DNA of 64,000 nucleotides from Eledone cirrhosa (lineage: Eukaryota), in contig OZ024741.1 of assembly GCA_964016885.1 (NCBI GenBank), positions 321,656,001-321,720,000 of the forward strand, given 5' to 3'. Under the pieces are notes generated by a model. That model worked only from the letters and a program-made list of their open reading frames with translations. It made no database searches and was not told the origin of the DNA. The translations under genes and the position numbers were made by a program. Shown piece after piece: positions 11,394-24,165 of this stretch. Numbering within the stretch: the first letter of the stretch is position 1; every line of letters begins with the position of its first letter.

Positions 11394-13384
11394 CGGCGAT
11401 GCAAGGTTTTTGATATGAAATCGTGTGTCGAAACAAATATTGTTATACTTGGGGAGGGTCATATTTGTGTAATAATATTGCCAGAATTAATAACAGAACA
11501 CACTCACTGTTTGGTTGGTTTTCGCTTCTGTGTCTTTTATATCGGTTAATTTAATTTATTTGGACCTCAATGTTACCATTGACTGACCAACGGTCAAAAA
11601 TACAGATACAATATAGACACAAACACATATATATAGTCTAACAAAGTTCTTTCGTTGCACATCTGCAACATACTCAGTGGTGCTATTATGTTTCCTCCCA
11701 TTGCATTGTAGCCATCTTTATTTGGTCTGTTTATTTATATATTTGTATATAACAATATATTTATATATAACAATATATATATATATATATATATAATATA
11801 TAATATATAATATAAACATATATACATTTCAAATTCAAGCAGAGAACTGGAGGGGAAGCACTGTGTCCTGTTGACAGCCTAAGCCAGAAACGTGTTAACA
11901 GTTATCCCCTACTGCTTCTGGTGGAATCTGCTATAATATTTTCAATATTCATAGCTAAAGGGCTTTCCAAGTGTTTATTTGTAAATATACCACTCACCAC
12001 CATAGGCGCTGAGCTGGCCAGCCACAGGTGTGAGCCCCGTGAGTTGGAGTGGCTTTTCCAGCGCATCTCTCTTGCAGTCCTCCAGAGAAACGCCTTCTCC
12101 ATTCTGTCCTCCAGAGCTGTGGGTGGGCCCCATCGCATACCGTTGTAGTTGTTGTAGAAGAAACAGGAAAACAACAACTGGAAAGTTTGATTTTCTAATT
12201 TATCATTTACTCCAAATATCATTAGATATGCAAAATTTACATACTTATATATACATATATATGCTTATCTATCTATACATACATATATAAAACTATAGTT
12301 GTCTGTGTGTGTGTGTCCTCATTTTTGAAAAGTCTATACAAATCCACATGTCTACTCCGATTGACTTCAAACTTGCATTTATATATTCCTTGCGGTCTAA
12401 AGATATTAACTGCCGCTTTTATTTTTCAATTTTCTGTTGTTAAAGGGGTGTTAGGCACCGGTTATTGATCTCCGTCGCGCTCTTATAATCTCTGTCTGTG
12501 TGTCTGGCTGTCTGGATTACGGCATTATGACAAACATTGATGACGTATTATGTTCACTATTTTCTGTTCATTGCCAGGGAACGTCTTCATGAACCAAAGT
12601 ATCATCTTTCTGTTTTCCTTCGGTTGCAACGTTTTTCAAAATATTTACTTCTGCGTTCACAGATTGATTTTTTTAGTTTCAGAAGATCCCATTAAGGGTG
12701 AAAGCAGCGATTCTTTGCTTAAACTTTAATCTGTTATTTTAATATATAATATAAGCGAGGCAAGCCAGCCCAGTTGCCAATTATTGCCAATAAACATTAA
12801 TCCATTGTGCGCCATTCATCTAACTGTAGACCAGCAAATACCAACTAAACGGAGCATTGACAAGAACGATGGCGAATGAATCTTTGAGGTAAGCAGTTTC
12901 CTCCCGAGCTGTTAGTTCACGCAGGATTCTCTATTACACCTTTTCGTAATAATACCGAACAACGTACTGCTGGTCACTCCTTCCTCCAAAAGCCGTACAA
13001 AGCGGACATGTGCATCGGGCAGTTGGATCACGTGCAAATCTACACCAGGACTACGCGAGAAATTCGCAAGCGACTGCACCGAGAGGGATAGAGAGAAAGA
13101 GTAACTTAGTGACAAGAGTGCGAATTAACTTTTGAGGTAAGTAGCCTACGCCTTACTGCTATTGCACTGGAACCTTAACCTGTGACTTTCTTTTTCACAT
13201 TTACTCCAATAGGCCAAAACAGAGGAGTATGAAAAGAAGGGGCTGATCAATATTTCTATGAACAATGCATGTAGACAACTAAACTGTACTTTCAACTTCT
13301 TAATTTTCTCCAAATAAAATAAGTTTGCTGTCGGTATATTTTCATGAGTTTTTAACAGGCACTCACAAATAAATGTTTCTCATT

Positions 13385-13745
13385 GAAGGTATTATTACCA
13401 ATGTTCTTACCCGTGCAACACCGGGATACACTGCTAGCATATATATAAAGCTTTTCCCTCAAAATGAAAGGCAGACTGTATGATGTGTGCATATGAACAG
13501 CAGTGTTGCATGGTTGGGAAACCTTGGTGCTGTGTGCAGAAGAGTTGTGAAGGCTGGAAAGAAATGAGGCTTGCATGCTCCGATGGATGCGTAATAGTAA
13601 TATATGTGAACGGCAAAGCAAAAACGAACTGAAAGAGAAACTAGATATAAGAGGAATCAGATGCAGTGTACAGGAGAAGAGATTACATTGGAATGGACAT
13701 GTGATGCATATGAAGCATGACAGCTGTATAAAAAGGTGCAGAGCA
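13385..13745 (+). mobile_element. Degenerate RTE LINE 3' fragment (family of 52960-55195)
   Basis: MLRWMRNSNICERQS..ELKEKLDIRGIRC..EKRLHW.GHVM matches the RTE ORF at 53295. Confidence 0.8.
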
Positions 13746-13899
13746 CTCACATCTTTTTCCATCCACTTTTCTGTAATGGTAGAAAAATTTGGCATAAGAT
13801 GTGTGCAAAAGAGAATATTGTGCTGGTGTGGACTTGTGAAGTATATTGAGGATGATCACTGGGCAAAGAAGGGCCAAGAAATCTTGATGTATATATATT

Positions 13900-14590
13900 A
13901 ATGTGTATGTTAGTCCATGGGAAATATTTTGGCATCAGTGTATCTATCCTAATGAGTATGTTAGTTGATGGAAGGTTTATGGATAGTCTATTACTGTTGT
14001 GGTTGTTTACATTGTACTGCTGTGTCGGGCTGTGAGGGTCATATAAATAAATTATTTGAATGTTGCAAGCTAGCTGTATAAGCCCCTGACTGCTTGAGCA
14101 ATGTGGTTGACCATTTTGAAGTGTTGGTGGTGTTGTTATACCTATCATTATATATGTTTTAAGGGTGGCAGATTGGCAGAGTCATTAGAGTGTCAGAGAA
14201 CATGCTTTGTGGAATAGAGTTATGGACCTTTACATTCTGACTTCAAATCTCACTGGGGTTAGCTTTGCCTTTCATCATTACGGGGGTCGATAAAATAAAG
14301 TACTAGTAACGCACTGGGGTCAATTTAATCAACTTTCCTCTTACTTTCAAATTGCTGGCTTTGTATCAAAAGTAGAAATAATTATATATGTTTTATTCTA
14401 CAGGAAATGTTTTGGTAATGTATGTGCCATAGTGTTGTGTAATGGGGTGATGCTTGTGTTGTGTTTAGTTGTGAGTAAATACCTTCTATCTCTTTTGTTG
14501 AGGGGTATGATTGTTGGTGTTTAGTTATGTGGAATTGGTGTATATGTCGTCCCACAAATAATTGATCTACTAGGTGCCACCACACCCATA
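13900..14590 (-). mobile_element. Degenerate Penelope-like fragment, split by a SINE at about 14160-14383
   Basis: Minus-strand remnants resembling the post-RT linker seen intact at 63660-64000 (NIIY..P, KYFP, SYPS); heavily decayed. Confidence 0.4.
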
Positions 14591-17500
14591 AAATTATCTG
14601 GTTCAACCCTCCACACAATGCTGAGGTTGCCACACCAGTAGCTAAAATCTTCTTTACACTTCTTAAAAAACAGATTCCACCATAATACTGTTATCAAAGG
14701 ATTTTCAATAAAAACACTGCCAAACTCTCTTACAGTACTACTTTTAACTCTTTAGCTTTTAAACCAGCCATATCTGGTCAGAATTTTCTCACCTTTATCT
14801 GTTAAAACTGGCCGTAACTAGCTGCTCATATTAATGTTACAGTATTGTTCTCAAAATAAATAATTGTTTCTACTTTAGGCACAAGGCCAGCAAATTACCC
14901 AGTGCATTACTGGTACTTTATTTTATCGACCCCGTAAGGATGAAAGGCAAAGTCAACCTCAGTGGGATTTGAACTCAGATCATAAAGAGACGTAACTATG
15001 CTGGAAAGCATGGCGTCCGACCCTCTACTGATACTGCCAATCCACCGTTCTCAAAATAAATAATATCAAAATCTCATAGATTCAATATTTTGGGAGATAA
15101 TTATGTGAGATAAAACCTTTACCATGAATGTATAATACACACATTGATTACATGTACAGACAAAATTTATTAGAATTCTGTTGAAGTGTGTATACATTTT
15201 TTGGGACACCTTGTATATATATCATCATCATCATCATCATGATCATCGTTTAACATCCATTCTCCACGCTAGCTTGGGTTAGACAGGTTTGTCCCATTAG
15301 AGGCAAGTTGGGTTGGGTGACTGTGTCTTGCTCATATAGGACTGTTTCTGGCTGTTTTTCTACATCTGGATGCCCTTCCTAACGCCAACTTGTGTGTATA
15401 TATATATATATTTCGTCTAACCCATGCTAGCGTGGAAGATGGACGTTAAACGAAGATGATGATGATGATGATAGTGTAGGTAGTACAGTGAGATACTGGT
15501 GTTGGTACCAAATCAAGCACTCTATGCACAGGCAGAGTGTATATGATATAGTCTGAGGAGCAGATCAATACTGGAGTTTGGTCCATAACTCCTATGGGTC
15601 ACCTTGAGCCAATCCACTGTGAAACGAGTGTAGCGGGTCGATACACAATAAATATTTTTCCTATGTAAACAAAACTTCCTCGTTTTTTTTCTATAATATA
15701 TATATACATATATATATGTGTGTGTGTGTGTGTACACACATATATATATATATATATGATAGATAGATATCATTATCATTAGATAAATAGATAGGTTATT
15801 AAAATGTGTTTTGTGTAACATAACCCACAGAACAGCCACACAGAAATGTTCCACTATGAATCAATACTCTGATAATAGAGCCACAAAGCAATGTTATTCA
15901 AGAATATTTGTATTGTAGCATTCATTAATATAATTCCTATGTAGTTCACTTTTCTCTGCAGATGTTTTCTTTCCATCTCAATTTTTGTCAGGTGGCGATT
16001 TAGCGGAGTTGTTAGAGTGTTAGTTTAAATGTCTCTGTATTTGTTCCACTTCATTGCAATCTGTGATCAAATCCTGCACAGGTCAATTTTGCTTTTCCTC
16101 TTTTCAAGGTCAATAAATAATGTGCCAGTTAAGTACTGAGGTCGATTCTGCTATCTTCAATCTTTCTCTCTTTATTTTCCTTGGAAGAAATCTGCCATGT
16201 TCAGACCTGGATTCCACCAGGTTTAAAACACCCAAGAAATGTTGTGTGTTAAGATGGTGCTCCGATGATTTTACCAAGAGTTAAGGGTCCTTTCCTTTCT
16301 TTTTCTTTTAAGTTTGTGATTCCTGGACATGGATGTGTGTTGAGTTCTTGAGCAAAATATTTCTTTCATGTTGCTTCAGTATACTCAGCTGAAAATTAGT
16401 ACCAACAGTAGTAGTTTAATGCCATGAGGGGCTGGCATCCTCTCCATGAGGGAGTTTTGTATTCTCAGTCACTTAACACCAAAGAAACTTGGATAAGTAC
16501 CAGACTTATGAGCCCCCAGACTTGAGACAGACTTGAGACTTTTTCCTTCCATCATTTCCTACATCAAACGTAGCCAATATCCATAGAATTAGGTAACACA
16601 GTTGCCACACATATTTACTTAATTTCTTGCTTGTGTGTCTTTGGAGGTGTGTGGCTTAGTGGTTAGGTGCATAAGGTTGTGAGCTTGATTGCCAGCAGTG
16701 CATTGTATCCTGGAGCAAGACACTTTATTTCACATTGCTCCAGCCGACTGAGCTGGCAAAAAATTAGTTATACCTGTAGAGCCTTGTCACACTCTGTGTC
16801 ATATTGAATTGCTCTGAGAACTACATTAATGTGTCTGTGAAATGCTCAACTACTTTCATTATCAAACAAATGAACACTAGTTATTGGAACCAATGGAAGT
16901 TCAACACACTTGTATCAACCATTTAAGTACAAGTATGGTTATGTGCTTAAGAGGTTTACATCACAACTATGCAGTTTCAGATTTGATCCTATTGGTTACA
17001 GCTTGCGCAAGTGTTTTCTACCATAGCCTTGTGAGTGAAATTTGGTAGACAGAAATTGCATGGAAGCCTGTTGGAGGGACTGTGTCTGTTTTAATCACGC
17101 CAGTGACATGGTTGTAAAGTGAGAACTCCTCACTTAATAAGTGGGCTCCTTTCTAATGACCTGGTCATAGAATATCTTTAGATATTGTTTTAATGTCACC
17201 TGACAGGTGATGGAGTCAATGAGAATATGAAATGTTACCAAGTATCAGTTTTATTTTTAAATGGATTTTCTGATTAAATACATTTGTAAAGGTCTAATGG
17301 AAACACTTGCAAAACTTTTTATATATAACATAAACAAAAAGGATTTATTTGACAAAGAACATACAGCAATATGTCACATAAAATTTTCACAAAAGAAATT
17401 AATACATAACATATAAATATATACATAAAAATATTCTTTGGTTGTAGTTGTGAATGGTCATTAAATGAAATGGTTGTTAAATGATGAGTGACTGTATATG

Positions 17501-18689
17501 AGAAATTTTCATGGAAAAAAACATTGAAAAAAATAATGGGACAATTGATGTATCAGGTGTAAGCAATGAATTTTAGCACCATCTCGAGGATATTCATAGA
17601 TCATATAAATAGTTCTTTATAACCATTTACATTCTTAGCTTTGAAATGAATGGAAAATGTTCCTAATAGTTCAGCTGTGCATTTATAAACTTTTTTCTTC
17701 TTTTTCCTTCATTGGAAATAAAAAGAAATAGCTTTTAACCTTAACCAGAAGTTGGTCTTAATCATCATCATCATCATCATCATTTTACGTCCGGTTTTTC
17801 CCTGCTTGCAAGGAACTGATTCTGGCTTGATTTCTACAGCTGGATGCCCTTCCTAACACCAACCTCATTTACAGTGAGTGCTGGGTGCTTTTTTGCCGTG
17901 GCACCTACACGACCACTTTGCAGTGGAATGATAGGGACCCCAGTCCCTATCATCTCATTTCTACAGCTGAGTAAACTGGAGCAATGTGAAATAAAGTGTC
18001 TTGCTCAAGGAAACAACACATCACCCGGTCTGAGAATTGAACCTTTCGATTGCAAGGCCAATGCTCTAACCACTAAGCCATGTGCCTCCATAACCACTTA
18101 TCTTATCTAAGCCATGTGCCCTCTGTTTAATGGCATTTTCTTATACAAACTACTAGAAACATTTGAAAGAAACAAAAGAGAAGTTATAAATGGAGCAACG
18201 CTTGTGAGAACTTTGGCAGATTTAAAAATATTGTGTTCTTAAAATACAAAATATTACATTTCTTTTAACAAAATGTATGTTATTAAATAAATAAATAGAT
18301 AAAGAAAGGAAAGAAGAAAACAAAGAGAGAAGGGATAGAAGTGAGAGGGAGGAAGGAAGAGAATGAGGTGAGATGAAAATGGGAGGAAAGAAGGTACAGA
18401 GAGAGGAGAGATGGAAGGAACAGAGAGAAGATATGAATTTTGCTAAGATCTTTGCTATATCACATGATTAAATTATTTTTAAGTATTGAACATGGTTCTT
18501 TACACATACATACATACATGTTCACACACACATATACTATTCATATACACATATATATATATCATCATTCGCTGTCTCCACTTGTAGCAGATTGCACACT
18601 AACATGACTGAGCTCTTTCTAAAGTCTCCTATATTGTGTGGTTTCATTTAGTTCATATAAATTTATAGGAGAGACACAGCCAACGAAGA

Positions 18690-21195
18690 TCCTGTCTGGT
18701 CATTTGTTCATAGCACTCCTTTTGTATTTACATTCTATTGTCCTGAAGATGTTGTATTTGATCAAATAACTGAGAAAATTGATAAGATTGTGTCTGATAT
18801 TCCAACAGCTAATATTCATATTTGAGGAATGGTTGGTCACTCCAACAAAACTCATGATGAAGGAAGATAATACTATGATATCTTACTTGCTTACAAGCTA
18901 ACTCAGATTGCGTTCCTGATATTGAGGGTCAATTTACCAATTTGCTTGATCTCTGCCTCACTACATTCCCAGAACGCTGTAGCCCATCGATATTACCTCC
19001 TCTGACCACATTATGGTACTCATGAGTCATCACCAAATGTAAAAGATCTTCTGATGTCCCTTTCCATTACTCAAAGGCTGATTAGGATGGTTTTAGATTT
19101 CTTATTGCTGAGGCACCATTCCAATTTGTTCTAAAAAATAGAACCTCAATGCTAGCTTCTTCTAGTTTGGATTGGACTCTTGCTGGTATATATAACTTCA
19201 TACCATCAAAATGATATCAGAAAAAGTCAAATAGCTAACCCTGGTAGATACCAGAAAGTACAGCTGTCATTGCTCACCATAACCACTACTTTCATCTTTA
19301 TCAGTATAACAGGTGTAAGAAGACACATACATCCTTTAAATCAGCTTAAAATCCGTGCAAGAGAGTGTTGAAGAATGCAAAGGATGGCTAAGATTAATCA
19401 ATCCAGCCTAAGATAACAGGTGAGAGACGTGGCTCCTGTAAATTTTGGAGATCAAAAACAAGTTCCTTAATACATACAAGGCCTCTGTACCTACAGTAAT
19501 CAATGGCTCTGAGGTTCTTTCATCCTCTTTTGATCAGGCAAAACCTTTTGCTACAAATTTTACCTCAAACTCTACTCTTGGTGACCAGGGTCACCCTCTT
19601 CCCTGCTTTCCTGCTTGCATCAACAATCTTCTTAGAGGCATCGCAGTCTGTTTGAGGTGTAGCAATGCCGTCAAAAACATTGATTTGAACAGGGCAAGTG
19701 GGACAGCTAACATTCCAACAGTGGTTCTCATGAACCTTTCTCCTGAAATCTCCTAGTCTAGCCAAGCTTTTCAATTGCTGCCTGAAAGAGTGATGCTTCC
19801 CCAAATCCTGGAAAATGACTTCCCTTTGCCCTGTCTTCAAGAATGCTGTGAGTGTTCTTCCCCTTCTCAGTCTTCTTAGCATTATCAGTAAACTCTTAGA
19901 GTCTGTTATCAATAAGAAGATTTTTAATCACTTGACCAAAAACAATCCCCTGAGCGACATGCAGTATGGCTTTCATTCTGCTAGATCCACTGCAGACATT
20001 TTGACTGTCATCTCACAAGGTCTCGAGATGGCTTTTCATAAAGTGTGGCACAGAAGACTACTTCACAAACTCACAAGCTATGGTAACACTGGGAAGGTGC
20101 ATTTTACAGATTGATCTGTGAAGGTTGTGGTGAATGGTCAAACATCAGATGTTGATAGAATCAATGCCGGCATACCAAAGGGGTCCCTCCTTGGACCAAC
20201 TCTTCCTATATTCTTTATTAATGATTTGCCTGACCACATCTTAGGATCACTTGTTGATATTTATTCAGATGATACCACAGTCTATGATCGTACATCCAGA
20301 AACTACAATGACCTATCCCTAGCAGCTGATCTCCCCTCTGATTTAGAGCACACAGTTCAATGGAAAAATATGTGACTTGTTACCTTTAACACCTCAAAAA
20401 CAAAGCTTCTCTCTTTTCACCACCATTGGAATATCTCCAACTTTCTCCCTGCTTATATAAATGGTACTTCATTGAAAGAAGCTCTTTTCTATAAATGACT
20501 CTTGAGCCTAAAATTTACCCCAGATCTCTGTTGGAACTCCTATATTCAATCAAATGCTAAAGCTTCTAGAAAAATTAGGGGCATTTTCTATCATTGAAGA
20601 AAATATTTGACTCTGTCTGCAATTTGTTATTTTTACAAGAGTCAGATTAGACTAAAGATGGAGTACTGTTGCCACATCTGGGGCAATGCTGCTCAGAGCT
20701 CCCTGTCCTGTCTAGATAGAGTTCAGAGTCGCTTGTGTAATCTTGTTGGAGATAAACACTTCTCATCTCTCAAGCCACTCTCTCACAGACATGACGACAC
20801 AAGCCAGGCATTACCCTCGTTATTTTCATAGGAAATGATCTGATGAACTTCACTCTCTAGTATCAAAACCCAGACTTTGTCTGCTAGGATTCATCTTATT
20901 AAGTCCATTGAGGCAAATCATCTACACTTTCTTTGTATTCCTAACATCGGACAAATTTAATTCCTAGAACCACATCTCTATGGAACAAACTGTCTGAGGA
21001 TGGCTACAACATGGACCTTTTTAAGAAAAGGGTCAATAAGTACCTCTACATATAATTTCATCCAAATTTCCCATTCATTCATTCTTTTCATGCTTATAGC
21101 AATCACTTCCATTTTCCTTCATCATCCTTTCATGTAGCCCATAATTTTGAGTTGCCTTAAAGCCTTATGTGGTGACCTTTAGTACATAAAAAAAG
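18690..21195 (+). mobile_element. Decayed CR1/Jockey-group LINE (RT remnants, poly-A-like end)
   Basis: Fragments MQYGFHSARSTAD, AFHKVWH, GIPKGSLLGPTL..FINDLP, YSDD, YKSQIRLKMEYCCHIWG with multiple stops and frameshifts. Confidence 0.8.
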
Positions 21196-21199
21196 AGAG

Positions 21200-22560
21200 T
21201 GCTCAAGCTGATGCATTACTGCCCAAGCCCCAGCAACCTTTGCATTTAATTTAGCCTCCCGCCTTCCATCACTCATGAAAATACTTGAAATTCTCCACCT
21301 GCTTCAGTGTAACTCCTCTCACATGTAGAGTGTCTGTGCAAGCTTTCTTTGCAAAACTGATTTTTATTTCAAACTTATCCAGTGCACGTTGAAGATCACC
21401 TTCCAACAAGTTAAGTAGCACCATGTCATCTGCAAATTCCAGCTGACTGATCCTACACCCACCAATCTTTATACCAATTACAATCTTATTTGTGAAGAAA
21501 AGGAACTGGAGAGATGACAGTACACAGCCTTGGCAAAGTCCGACATTTACATTGAATGGTTTTGATGTAACACCATTTATCTGAACAGAAATACGAGGAC
21601 ATTTGTATAGGGACTTCAAGGGAACAAAAAGCTGTCCATTGGTTCCATACTCCTGCAGAATCCTCCACAAGTCCCATGGAACATAATTGCATACCTTATC
21701 AAGGTTTACAAAATAAGCATACAGCTCTTGGCAATACTCCCACAATTCTCAAAGACATGCTGTAGTGTGTAAATATGGTCAGCTGTGCTACATCCACAAT
21801 ACTGTTCGTCAGCTACCTTGGACTTGACAATATCCCTATATCTCTTTGCCAGACACTTAACAAGTTTTTACGAGGGAGGCTTAACAAGGAGATTCTACTA
21901 TAATTGGAGCAATCTCTCGTCTTCTTTTTTAAAAATTGAGATTATCACTCATTTGCCATTGTTTTGGTAACTTACCTCAGATCAGGCCACCTGGCTCATG
22001 AGTCAGCCAGAGCATATCTTGTTTATTTAACATCTTGGGCTGACCTCAGTCACCAAGAGATTAGTCTTCACCCCTATAGACACCCCATGTACATGCATTT
22101 AAGCCTTAGGTAGAGGGGGCCTATTTGAAAAATATATTGCAGTCTCCATCTAATGCCATAAAAAATGGCAATGGATCTGCAACCTGTCCTGGGAGGTGTG
22201 TGATGGACACACAAAGGTTGCATATCTTGAGACCTTAAAAAGGGTCTGAGAGAGAGCAAATATTAACAATTGGCAACTTACAGGTAAGGAGCAGGGCAGA
22301 TGTTACTGGCAAGATATAGTCAGGGTTTCTTCAACAAAGTTCTGTGGCTATGGTAGCATAGATTTGGATGGATGATAGAAACTCCACTATTCAGGTGTGG
22401 TACTAGAAATAACTGTATGGGAAGGAGTAAGGATACATACAAGTCCCCAGCTGCCGGACTGTTATGGAATGAATTCCATTAGGAGGGAAGATTTGCCTTG
22501 TGAAGCTTAGTCTGAAAGAAAGGTCTTTGTGGATGACACAAGTTTATGTGCCAAATTCTT
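21200..22560 (-). mobile_element. Decayed RTE LINE of a different family (related pieces 30690-31290 +, 47780-48060 +, 48750-48985 -, 49460-49760 -)
   Basis: MWEY..LYAYFVNLDK, GLCQGCVLS, FADD, LKQVENFKY motifs; LTYG/HESWVMT-like ends in the other pieces. Confidence 0.75.
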
Positions 22561-23554
22561 GATTATTTAAAAAATCATAGATGATGTTTTTCATTAGAAA
22601 TATGTTAACCATTTAGCATTTGCATTGCTCTATATTTACTATTGTATTTTCATGTTAAAGGCTTTACCTCACACAATAACAAATCTATGAGATTTTGATA
22701 TTATATATTTTGAGAACAATACCTTAATGTCTATATGAGTGGCCAGTTACAGCTGGTTTGAACAGTAAGTGGTGAAAGAATTCTGGCCAGATACAGCCAG
22801 TTTAAATGATTAAGGGTTAATGAAAGAATTGAATATTTGATATAGTATTACTAACATTTGTTCTTTGGTCCTGCTATAGTTATATCTATAAAGATACACA
22901 ATTATATATATAATATAGTTTTGTTATTACCATTTATTTATTTTTTTATTAAAACAAGTGATGGTTTTTAAAGTAACTTTCTTTTATTTGCCCCTTACCT
23001 CTTTCACCTTTTTTTCCCTTCCGATGTCTTCTACCACATCCTTGCCTTCCAACACTTCCAAGATAACACTCACTTTGAGAATCTCTTATGTTGAATCTCC
23101 CTCGTTGGTTCTTGCAATATATTTACCCCAACAAGATTTGTGGCCGAGTGGTTAGTGGTGTTTTGTTCTTGAACAAAACATTTCATTTCATGTAATTTTT
23201 CATGATAGGACAATGGTTCCTATCATTAAATTACTCAAGAAACCATCTATGAGATGCAACTTTGTAGTAGGCCAGCTAAACCTACATAGGTGTGAGCTAC
23301 AAATTTCAATATTTTTCAATAAAGTATATATTTAAAAAATGCTTCATATTTAAAGATGAGATTAATAATGTAAAAAATTGTATAATCATAGAAACACCAT
23401 CATATTTGAAACCATGACTACCATAGAAAATAGCCTAATAGCTTATCTATTTGTCCATTTACACTATAGAGGGATATGCCTAGGATTGCAAGCAGTTTTA
23501 AAAAGATTTAACACTGAATATAACTATTTTCTCAGTAAAAGTTGCAAGGATATC

Positions 23555-24165
23555 ATACACCCACGACATGCTGTAAAGTGGTATTGCTGGTGCCATGACA
23601 ACTTACACCCAGCCTTCTCTGTAAGGTGGAATTGCTGGTGTCACTATAACATACACCCAGACCTCACTGTAAGATGGTATTGCTGGTGCCATAACATACA
23701 CCCAGTTGTCTCGGAAAGGTGGTATTGCCTGTTCCACAATAACATACACCCAGCTCTTTCTGTAAGGTGGTATTGCTGGTGCCATGATAACGTGGGGCTC
23801 TTCCTCTTTGTAAGGTGGTATTGATGGTGCAACGAAAAAAATACACCGAATACATTCTGTAAAGTGGTGTTTGGTGACACAATAAAATGCACCCAATATA
23901 CTTTGTAAAATAGTAGTACTTGTGCCATGATAAAATGCACCCAATACACCCTATAAGTGGTAGTGCCAGTGCCATCATAAAATGCATCCTACATCATCTG
24001 TAATGTGGTTGGTATTTGGAAGAGCATCCAGCCATAGAAACCATGCCTGAATGGTTCATACATAGCAAGATGTTGTCATTTGATCTGTCTAGTCTCAAAC
24101 TGTGACAACCTGTTCAACCCATGCCAGCTGGAAAAAGATTTAAAATGATCATGATGATAATGATG
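23555..24165 (+). repeat. About 42-bp tandem array (about 11 units) forming the body of an RTE-tailed non-autonomous element
   Basis: Unit approx. cataacatacacccagctctttctgtaaggtggtattgctggtgc, followed by ggaagagcatccagccatagaaa...aacccatgccagctggaaaa...aaatgatcatgatg tail; related arrays about 35990-36430 (-), 40975-41030, 50900-51050. Confidence 0.8.

Noticed and set aside
10423-11462. Multiple YI/CV/HT-rich ORFs (also 4791, 5513, 5565, 2599, 60873)
   Set aside because: They are translations of dinucleotide microsatellites.
12860-13200. Spliced-leader RNA genes (TTTGAG|GTAAG resembles an SL end)
   Set aside because: No clear Sm-binding site or conserved stem-loops downstream, and the two copies diverge right after the donor.
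23555-24010. CRISPR-like regularly spaced repeats and Cys/Trp-rich ORFs (23378..23824 etc.)
   Set aside because: Units are homologous along their whole length (no unique spacers), there are no cas genes, and the context is eukaryotic; the ORFs are translations of a minisatellite.
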